DNA from: Schmidtea nova
Lineage: Eukaryota
Direction of reading: 5' to 3'
DNA length: 64,000 bases
Assembly (NCBI GenBank): GCA_044892505.1
Contig: CM097883.1
Location: 227,726,001 to 227,790,000, forward strand
Below are positions 25,568 through 34,374 of the stretch, one piece after another (position 1 is the stretch's first letter; every line of letters begins with the position of its first letter). The notes under the pieces are model-generated. The model was not told the origin of the DNA. It made no database searches and was given only the letters and a program-made list of their open reading frames with translations. The position numbers and the translations under genes are program-made.

Positions 25568-26600
25568 TATTGGGTTTAATTAAAACAGATATTATCGTCG
25601 GTGCCTGACTCCTCGTGTTCAAACAAATCAGTAAGTAATAACACTCCCAATGTATATTTGTTTAGATCGACACAATCTTTTTACAATTCACAGCAATAAT
25701 AATACAACGTCCTAATTATTCGATCGAGCTCCGCCGTGCGATGTGGTGACCTCGTGCGCTCTATAGCAATAATCACTTTGCATATCAGAATCCTCTGGAT
25801 TGATCTCTTTTTCTTTAATAATTTCGCCTTCCTTTGAATCAGCTCCTTTTTAATTTCTTTACTCTTTTTCTCTCGTATTTTCCTATTTCTTCTGACTCTG
25901 CTACCTTTAACCTAATCTCGTTTTCTTCTCCCTAACGATTGTTTTCAATTTAGAGTTTCCTTATATAATAAGATAATCATTTTGATTAATTAGTAATTTG
26001 GCCAAATCGCCTCTGTCTGACAATGCTTTGACAATCATTTTTCTTGAATATCGTCTGAGAGCTTATAGTGATTGATTGCCCTCTTCTGTTACCCTTTCGT
26101 ATTAACCAATTTGTTTACTCCTATTACTCATAATGACAGGATAATGGCTTTTCCGAAATCCGCTTTGTTTACTCTCCTTGTTTGCCGAGCTCGGGTTTTC
26201 TTCATCTCTCGGGTTCTCCATTAGCTCGGGTTTCCCATTCGCTCGGGTTTTCCATTATCCAATTAATTAATTAATTAATGGTTTTTTTTGTTTTTGTGCA
26301 TATGTATGCTTTCCGACCCTTTCTGAACATTTTCTGACCGATTCCTAATCATTATGTTCTTCACCAATAGCTAATCTATACCTGTCCTGTTTTCTACATT
26401 CAATTTCGATAAATTAACCATTTATTCATTTTTCTTAATTTGCACATTTGCATTTCGAATTTCACTGTACCATATCCTAACTCTGTTTCCCTTATAATTT
26501 CCTTGGTTATTCGTTCTGTGCTTGATCACACTTCTCCATATACCTGTTTCATTCAATTTTCATCTAGAATTTCATTTAAAATTTTATTTATAATTTTATT
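25568..26600 (-). mobile_element. 5' LTR of the env-bearing element (outer end truncated or uncertain)
   Basis: Ends cccaata next to the PBS. Contains 4x ggaaaacccgag-type repeats shared with LTR pieces at 8.2, 33.6 and 53.3-53.5 kb. Confidence 0.6.
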
Positions 26601-26850
26601 TAAAATAATTTTGATTTAAAGACCTTAACACATTAATAGCATTTGTTTTCAATGAAGGCAATATTTTCTGATCTTTCATGATAACGTCTTTGGCAGTTTT
26701 CATTCCAAAACTAACTAATCGCTTAAGTATTGGAAGTGCAAATTTACCAATAGTTTTCAGCCAACCTGATCCATACTGTTTACCTACAAAATACGGTAAT
26801 TCGCCACCAGCTTGGCTATTACTGTACAAAGAAACTATATCAGGATTATG
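26596..26850 (-). pseudogene. Polinton/adintovirus small core-like protein, 3'-truncated
   Basis: QAGGELPYFVGKQYGSGWLKTIGKFALPILK matches the conserved QxGG-xLPxF-G...GxG...FRxAxPxLK pattern of Maverick/adintovirus virion proteins. Confidence 0.7.
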
Positions 26851-27860
26851 TATCGCTTTTTCGAAAATGTAGAGTCAAATGAGTTTTTGAATTTTTTGGA
26901 AAGTTTATTAAATTACCTCTATCGTCTCTGATATTAATTTCTATATTGTTTATACAAGACGTTAAAACAGTTCAATACATTGGATTTTCTACTTGTATTT
27001 GAACAACTTCATCCTGTTCATGTTTTTTAATCCATACCGATTTTACCATGGGAACTAATGAATCGCCAACAATTATAGGATTGACTATTATACTGTAAAT
27101 GAACATTTGTTGATGAAGTTTAATTATTTTCGGTTTATTTATTCCTATATTTAAATATCCATTTTGAGCGTATGTTGCTTTCGCTAGTCCTAACGTTTGT
27201 ACGAGGTTTCTGTCAAAAGTAATTTCACTAATATCAGGATTCAAACTGAATATGAAGTAAATATCATCTATCAATTCCAATGATTTAAAGATACTTGCAC
27301 AATTTTGAATCATATATGATTGCATTTCATCCAATTTCGATATGTATAAGTTATCTTTAAATGTATATACAAAATCAGTATCAGCCTTGAACTCCATCTT
27401 GAATCTAATTTTTCAAATCTTTCGCCAACTTTGTTATATTTAGGTAACGGTATCTTGTAGGACTTTCAGAACTCTGTTTCGGTAATCATAATCTTTTTGC
27501 CATTGCCAAAGTATCAAATGTTATTGTGAAGGGATAATGATCACAGGTGAAATAAATAGAATTCTTATCGCTAGACATTTGAGCAATATCATCGGCAGGA
27601 TTAGATATATCAACTTCATTTTGTAGATTGTCAATAACCAAATTATTTTATTTGGAGTGCAAAGTTTTCATTTTGTATCGAATTTCAGCTTTACTATAAA
27701 ATGGAAATGGATTATAGACAAATGTAAAGTCTAATAGAGCGACTTCCCAAATACCGTCTAAATAAATCGGATTTTGTAGATTGACCATGAATTTACTGGC
27801 AGTATTTTCTGGATCTATATCGGGACAACTGTTGCTAGGTAAAACAATATAAAAATTCAT
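26846..27860 (-). pseudogene. Minor capsid protein (penton, single jelly-roll) of Polinton/adintovirus type
   Basis: N-term MNFYIVLPSNSCPDIDPENTASKFMVNLQNPIYLDGIWEVAL; C-term MFIYSIIVNPIIVGDSLVPMV...IEINIRDDRGNLINF...LTLHFRK. Premature stops and one frameshift. Confidence 0.85.
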
Positions 27861-28888
27861 TTTACTAGGTTTTTTGATGATATCCATGATGGTTCTTTAT
27901 ATCCATGCCACTTGACATAGTATTGTTTATCTTTATCAATATTTTTTGAATTCTAAATATTGTCGGCAGGGGAATAACTTGCAATTCTTGTTCAAAGAAT
28001 TTTCCACTGACTATATTGTTATCAGAGTCAGAAATAGTATACATGACAGGATTCTGGACTGTGTTGACATTCGATATTTTAAAAACCTCATCACTCCAAT
28101 TACTATCAAAGTTTTTAATGAATGGCGATTCACTAATTTTACTAATTTGAACATGATCACCAATTTTATATTTTGGTTTCTTTATTTTTATATCACTCAA
28201 GATATTTTCAGTATCAACTACTTCAGCAGGTTTCTTGCCATTTATACCTCGATGAGCAGAATGATTATAACTATGAATCATTTGTGGTAAAACATTAATC
28301 CATGTTTTATTCCTTTGATGCAGAAAATACTTTTTGAGACGATCCCTCAAGGTACGATTAAATCTTTCAACATGGGCTGCTTTGAATTGAGAGAATACCG
28401 AGTAATGATTGATTCCCTTTATGGCTTCCTTGACTTTACTGTTGTAAAATTATTTGCCTAGATAAATAAATATCATTTTATAAAAAATTTATTAGCTTAC
28501 CCAAATCAGTTTGTAAATTATTTGGACGTCCACCTTTGAACATTGTTTTGATTGCGATTTCCATATCATTGGCAGATTTAGATTTTACTGGAACAGCCCG
28601 AGCAAATCGACTGTAAACATCAATACATGTTAAAATATATTTGTATCCCTTGTTAATTTTTGAATAGGGAATCATTTCCATCAAATCTATTTGCCACAAA
28701 TCATTAATTCTATATGTTTTGTATGCTCGTGTCGGAAACCTTTTCAGCATAGGTTTGTTTAGACTGTATGCAAGTTGCCCCGAAAACCAACTTTGAGTTT
28801 GTCTTTTTGAATTCGATACATATTTCCTTAGCTTTTTGACTCCACCAAAACCTGCTTCGTGCTTTGGGTTCGTCCATATCTTCTCCAT
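27857..28888 (-). pseudogene. Polinton c-integrase (rve, DDE) with C-terminal chromodomain, interrupted by a 43-nt intron
   Basis: WQIDL...YKYILTCIDVYSR, LQTDLG|K*FYN, HVERFNRTL, FDSNWSDEVFKI, YYVKWHGY...SWI. Removing 28500-28458 restores the frame. Confidence 0.92.
28458..28500 (-). other. Spliceosomal GT-AG intron (43 nt) in the integrase
   Basis: GTAAGC...tatttatttatcTAG. Splicing joins GAT TTG G to GC AAA (T/G)AA TTT TAC AAC, giving the conserved TDxGxEFxN motif. Confidence 0.8.
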
Positions 28889-28943
28889 TACAGCAAGAAG
28901 ATTTAAAGTTTAAATTAAGATTAGGCAATGATTGACCCATTGT

Positions 28944-29290
28944 TTATGACCTTTTTCCTAATAAACCAGCACCTCTCAATAATGATAATGCTAATGGTAA
29001 CAATGCTGCAATAAACCCTCCTTGTTGTTTATATATTATTTTACGCATTAGTTTTTTATTTTTTGTTTTTACAAGTGAGAAAAAATGCTTCTTGTGTTTG
29101 TTCAAAACTCTTCTATTGGATGCACTTATTGATTTTACCTCTAACAACTTTATTTAAAATCGTTAGTAAATCATCAATAACGTAATTAGGAAACGATTGT
29201 AAAATACTCATTCTTCTAATACTTGGGGCTTTAAGTAATGCATTGAAAAATGGGAAACTACGATGATGTATTTGTTTTGCATTTGGTTTG
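28944..29290 (-). pseudogene. Conserved small basic Polinton/adintovirus protein with C-terminal QQGG-F amphipathic peptide, frameshifted
   Basis: FFNALLKAPSIRRMSIL...VIDDLLTILNKVVRGKI joined by frameshift to RRVLNKHKK...KQQGGFIAALLPLALSLL. Confidence 0.7.
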
Positions 29291-29489
29291 TAAGTATTTT
29301 GAATACGATTATCCTTTATGAATATTATCAATAAATAATTGTTTAGATGGTGTAAAACTAGTTTTCGAAACTGATTTCTTTGTTTTCTTTGGAACTTTTT
29401 TTTCCCCGGTTTCTTCATTTTTCTAGCCTTTATCAATCGCTCAAACTTTACTCGAGATTTCAATAACATTATTGAAAATATACAATTAA

Positions 29490-30113
29490 TCAACTTTGTT
29501 TATAAACCATGGCTCCTTCCTTGTTGAAAATATCTGTTCTAACTCTTAAATCATCACTACATTGTTGTGTGAAATCAAGAAAAAGATATCCATGAGGAGC
29601 TTTTGTAGCATCTTGGAATGCATCAATCAAGAAATTTCGATTAGAAGGGTGTGCTTGTCTTGCAAGAAAGTCAATAACTTTTGCTTCTCTAGGATTTTTA
29701 AAAACAACAAGATATTGAACATTCAAATTCCGGGTTCGATGATTGTCGCCCTGATGAAATAAATTCTGAGTAATAAAAATAACTGTAACACTTTTGAGTC
29801 TAGCGAGTTTTGTAAATAAATTGTTAAAATCCTTTTCTTTATTTGCTTCTTGATACAAATCATCAATAATAATCACATCCCCTTCTCTTAATCTAGATGA
29901 CCAATTTTTATCGAAACCTTTTATGATTGTCATTTTTATTTTACAAAATTGGTCTTGAGTCATTCCATGTTCCTCATCTGCACCCCTATGCCAATAAATT
30001 TTATTAAACTTTGATTTGAATAATTTTGATTGTAATAATTTACAAACAAATAAAGTTTTTCCACTCCCGCTCGGTCCAACAATTCGAAACACTGCATCAT
30101 TTCCTAATTCCAT
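29490..30113 (-). CDS. A32/FtsK-like DNA packaging ATPase (Polinton/adintovirus)
   Basis: Intact 207-aa ORF. Walker A GPSGSGKT, Walker B VIIIDD, IFITQNLF, RTRNLNVQYLVVFKNPR, HGYLFLDF. Confidence 0.93.
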   Translation of the reverse strand: MELGNDAVFRIVGPSGSGKTLFVCKLLQSKLFKSKFNKIYWHRGADEEHGMTQDQFCKIKMTIIKGFDKNWSSRLREGDVIIIDDLYQEANKEKDFNNLFTKLARLKSVTVIFITQNLFHQGDNHRTRNLNVQYLVVFKNPREAKVIDFLARQAHPSNRNFLIDAFQDATKAPHGYLFLDFTQQCSDDLRVRTDIFNKEGAMVYKQS

Positions 30114-30204
30114 ATTTCTTATTTTATTAATTAATTATTATTGTTTATATTTGTTTTAAATAATAATTGTTTTTATTATTGTCATATTTAAAATATTTTC
30201 ATTA

Positions 30205-30666
30205 ATGATTAGCAACATAAATTATAAGGGTAAGACTGATGTATCGCACATGAATTTTCCTAAGGGGAAACCACAACAAATTGTAAATAGAAGTGGTAAA
30301 TATCCGATAATATATTTTAAGACCGGGAGATTTAGAATTATGGGATGCAAGGAATTTATTAGTGATGAAAGGGTTTACGACTTAACAATACAATTGATTA
30401 CTGTAATTGCAGATTGAGGATTTATTTGTGATTTAAATGATTTGGCTAAATTAATAGAATGTGTTTACGAGCCAGAATTATTTCCAGCTTTGAGATATGC
30501 AAAATATAACCCCATGTGTGTTAATATATTTACAAGTGGTAAAGTAGTTATATTAGGTTTAAAAACTAGGGACTATTTAAATATAGTTGATAATATAATT
30601 ATGGATATAAAATCAATTATTGAAGATAAAGCCTTTGTTGATTTCATATTATCGTGTGACTCATGA
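30205..30666 (+). pseudogene. TATA-binding-protein-like gene (two-repeat core, ~153 codons) with one in-frame TGA at 30415-30417
   Basis: Repeat 2 YEPELFPALRY...VNIFTSGKVVILGLK versus TBP YEPELFPGLIYR...LLIFVSGKVVLTGAK. Repeat 1 IIYFKTGRFRIMGCK versus LIFSSGKMVCTGAK. The two track ORFs are in one frame. Confidence 0.8.
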
Positions 30667-30698
30667 TTGCAATAAAGATGCAAAAGAAATGCATGATT

Positions 30699-30804
30699 CT
30701 GATTGGTTCAGTATGTATTTCGATAATAAAGACATGTTATGCATACTCAAATCTGATTGGTTGATTGCGTGTTTCATTTTCTTGCGTGTTCTTTGGTATA
30801 TATA
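30699..30804 (+). promoter_or_regulatory. Pol II-type promoter: two CCAAT boxes and TATA
   Basis: CTGATTGGTT at 30699-30708 and 30753-30762, TATATATA at 30797-30804, ATG at 30839. AATAAA at 30671 just after the TBP-like stop. Confidence 0.5.
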
Positions 30805-30838
30805 CAATGAACATTTTACATTCATTTATTATTGTACA

Positions 30839-31427
30839 ATGTGTCTCAAAGCAACTTTGGTGAAATATGGTAAAGTTTTAAATTTATCATTTATCATTTT
30901 TATAATATTTATTTACAGATAAATTTATGGCCGTACTGTTCGGCAAAATGGAGGAGATGTTTCCAAGCCTGATGTTCAAACTAGTCTACACGGCTCCGGA
31001 GACGCTCCCAATCAAAATCCTTTCAATCACTAGCAAGAAACACGAACACAATGGCCAAACTCTACTCCAGAAGATGAGTCCGAATGTGTTCAAAATACTA
31101 CTGATTCTCCAAATCATTCTCCTTCAGAATGCCCAACTCTCGATGGGCCATATCCTCTCGAATCTGATAAGTCGCAACAATGCGATCAGTCGGAACAATG
31201 CGATCAGTCGCATCATTCGCAAGAATCGCCAGAATCGCCGAATTGCGATGAATGTTATCGTTAAGTCGATATGGACACTGCAGAATAAATGTTTTATGTG
31301 TTTAGTTTCTATGTGTCGTCATTTTTATATATTTTCATTTTTGTTATTATTTAATAAATGTATTTATGTTTTCGTTTTTATTTTATTTTATAGTAAAATA
31401 AAAGTAAATATCAAAGTTTTAAAGTAA
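30839..31427 (+). CDS. Hypothetical accessory gene, possibly spliced (49-nt intron 30870-30918); true frame ambiguous
   Basis: ATG30839...TATG|gtaaag...tttacag|AT puts exon 1 in frame with ORF 30927. An overlapping frame encodes an S/P/Q/E/D-rich peptide with AT-biased codons but has stops. Confidence 0.35.
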
Positions 31428-31779
31428 TGAAGTTTTCTATGCAAATAAGTATTTAAGTTTTAAAGTAAAATAAGATATAATTAAATTTGTAATTATGTTT
31501 TAATGTAAAAGTTTCTGTGATATGTTTTAAATTATTTATATAACTTAAATATGATAAAAACACAATAATTAAAAATGATAAATACATTTATTAAACACAT
31601 ATGCAGACATACAACAAAGGCACACACACATACATGCACGTTACAAAGACATGCATGCATGTACGTTACAAAGAAATGCATATAATGTGCAGTTAGAATG
31701 CATCATTTTGATTGGACAAAGACATTACTCATCACTATAGATACAAAGAGATTTTTAAGATATTGTCACAATTTAAAAA

Positions 31780-32196
31780 ATGCCAGCACGTAAATCAGCT
31801 TATGATATCAGTGAAAAAAGAAAAATCAATAATGAAGTCAAACCGGTTCAAATGTATTACGATTACAAAATATATTTCTTAGTACAAGAAATACCGTTTC
31901 GTTTGTCGTATCCAGTGAAATTAACAAAGTCTTTCTATGACAATTTAGCTGCAAATTTAAGTAATGAAGATGTTGTTGCACTAAATAAAATTTTATTCAA
32001 AATCAATAACAATTTAAGTTGCAAGGAAACTAAATGGATCAACAATCGAAAAACCCGTTTCCATGATGCTTTCCAATCAAACGAATACAAGGATCAAGAA
32101 AATTGGTTTATTACCATAATACTTCAGGGCTATAAAATCGATACAAAGGATGTTATAACTCCAATTTGGAGAATTGACAGTGCGCGATATGCATAA
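31780..32196 (+). CDS. Hypothetical 138-aa protein of the Polinton-like element
   Basis: Clean ATG-to-TAA ORF with protein-like composition, upstream GATTGG box (~31709) and downstream AT-rich 3' region. Confidence 0.6.
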   Translation: MPARKSAYDISEKRKINNEVKPVQMYYDYKIYFLVQEIPFRLSYPVKLTKSFYDNLAANLSNEDVVALNKILFKINNNLSCKETKWINNRKTRFHDAFQSNEYKDQENWFITIILQGYKIDTKDVITPIWRIDSARYA

Positions 32197-32609
32197 ATGT
32201 TATTTTATAAATGTTATTTAATAAATTTTAGTAATTTACATTTAAGTTTTTGATTGCTCTTTTTTTTATAAGGTTTTTATAAAATTTTTATAAGTTATAT
32301 AAGTTANNNNNNNNNNNNNNNNNNNNNNNNNNNNNNNNNNNNNNNNNNNNNNNNNNNNNNNNNNNNNNNNNNNNNNNNNNNNNNNNNNNNNNNNNNNNNN
32401 NNNNNNNNNNNNNNNNNNNNNNNNNNNNNNNNNNNNNNNNNNNNNNNNNNNNNNNNNNNNNNNNNNNNNNNNNNNNNNNNNNNNNNNNNNNNNNNNNNNN
32501 NNNNNNNNNNNNNNNNNNNNNNNNNNNNNNNNNNNNNNNNNNNNNNNNNNNNNNNNNNNNNNNNNNNNNNNNNNNNNNNNNNNNNNNNNNNNNNNNNNNN
32601 NNNNNNNNN

Positions 32610-33473
32610 GCGGGGTGTTACAACGTGCGTGGAATGCATACTGTTATTTGTCTTAAAGAACAATGGAAGAAGAACGCGCGTGAAACGAGTGTTCAATGCG
32701 TACTGTAATTTCTATTATACAACAAAGAAGAAGAACGCGCGTTTCACGTGCGTTCAATGTGTACAGTAATTTGTCTTAAACAAACACACACACGCAAGTT
32801 ATCTGTGTACAAAAATTATTATTAACAGTTATATTTCATTAGTCTTTGTTTCGTTGCATTCACTTTGCAAAGTCTTTGTTAATTTGCACGTGTATTGCAA
32901 TGTCTTTGTTAATATTTGTTTGTGTTGATGAGTCATACTGATGAGTCATGTAGATGAGTCATACCAATGATTCATACTGATGAGTCATGTAGATGAGTCA
33001 TACCATTGAATCATGTCGATGAGTCATTAAGAAAACAATTTAATCCTCAAGGATATGACCATCATACTCACCTTTCAATTACCTTTTGTTTGATGTACAT
33101 ATTATAAGGTTTGAAAAGATTTGAAGGTTTTGGACCTTTTGGAGGTTCAGGACCCTCCATACACTTTCGAAGGTATGACCATCATGTGCACCTTTCAATT
33201 ACCTTTCGGATGATATGTATATTATAAGGATGGAAAAATGTTGAAGGTTTTTGACCCTTTGAAGGTTCAGGACCCTCCATAAACCTTTGAGGGTATGACC
33301 ATTGTATAGATCTCTCCAAGACCTTATCTGACCTTTGGAAATTCAAATTTAAAATTTGAAATGAGTTATCGATGACGTCATAAAATTCAAATTTGAAATT
33401 AGTCATCGATGAGTCATTGATGACGTCATTGTCTTTGTTTAACGATGACTCATGGTGCACACTCCTGTCTACT
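32610..33473 (-). mobile_element. Polinton-type terminal region (right end)
   Basis: Ends CTGTCTACT (AG...CT ends are typical of Polintons). Contains two 120-bp units (33063-33302), a 13-bp array and three 30-bp units homologous to 9253-12970. Confidence 0.75.
32928..33027. promoter_or_regulatory. 13-bp-period array of AP-1-type sites
   Basis: Eight units at 32928, 32941, 32954, 32967, 32980, 32993, 33006 and 33019. Six are perfect ATGAGTCAT and two are variants. Confidence 0.7.
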
Positions 33474-33720
33474 GAGGGTTCCCAGAGAAAAATATTAAGA
33501 CAACACAAATAATAATAAAAAAACAAATAAATCTAATTATTAATTTGGAAACCCAAAGCTATATGGAAAACCCGAGCTCTATGAAAATCCAGAGATCCAT
33601 AAAAATCCCTAGTGGTAAACTTAATTAAAGGATAAATTGAATTACTTTGTGAAGCCGGCGGCTTATAGGATTTAGAGAAAAGCAATAAATAAAATTATTT
33701 TTGACAAAGGCAAAATGGTA
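33474..33720 (+). repeat. LTR-family fragment abutting the Polinton end
   Basis: gagggttcccagag...ggaaaacccgagc motifs resemble 8120-8240 and 26190-26260. Confidence 0.45.
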
Positions 33721-34374
33721 CTAATCGAAATTACTTTTAATTGTTAAATTATTTTCAGGAAATTCTCTGTTTAGTTCCTTATTTAATTATTTGATTCAAA
33801 ATTTTACCAACAGTAAAAAATTATATTATTTTAGCTATAAATTAAAACATTATGCGAAATTACAAAAATAAATTACAAATTCTTATAGATTTTTTAAATA
33901 CGTTTGTACAAATTATCATTTAAAATTATAATCTCAATTTTTACTTAAATTGTAAATGCATTCAAAAACAAATCTGGGAGAAAGAAACAATTCCCAAATC
34001 TCTTTTATGTCACGTGACCTCTGCAATTTTGCAAGTGATATCGATTTAAATGCTAAGTGTTACTAGCCATGAATAAATCATGCGAAAATAATTTTTGTCC
34101 AGTTAATTAAAACATCGAATAAATGGTTTTTTAATTAACTATATGCTACCTAAACGGAAACCAATATAACTGACAAAGGGAAACCTATTGTAGCTGCCAT
34201 CTTTAGGAAACTAAGAGGCTAAATTAAAATTGTATTTATACATTTAACTAGTCGATTAAAAAAAGATAATAAAAATAATAATTATAATAATAATAATAGT
34301 TAAATCAAACTCAGTTTTAAGAGACTGCAATTCCTTCATAGATTTATTTCAATTAAAATTTGATTAATAGACTT

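Larger units (their letters stand above)
19197..26620 (-). mobile_element. Decayed retrovirus-like Ty3/Gypsy element: 5' LTR - PBS - gag - Ubl - Ubl - Bcl-2-like - env - partial RT/RNase H
   Basis: Co-oriented domains listed below. Truncated at 19197 by the foldback repeat (integrase and 3' LTR absent). LTR outer end abuts the Polinton-like genes. Confidence 0.88.

Noticed and set aside
9247-33479. A single clean Polinton insertion with 6-bp TSD
   Set aside because: The flanks do not match (tttttc versus gagggt; ggtttt versus gggttc for the alternative boundary) and the termini are clearly diverged. Kept only as a hypothesis.
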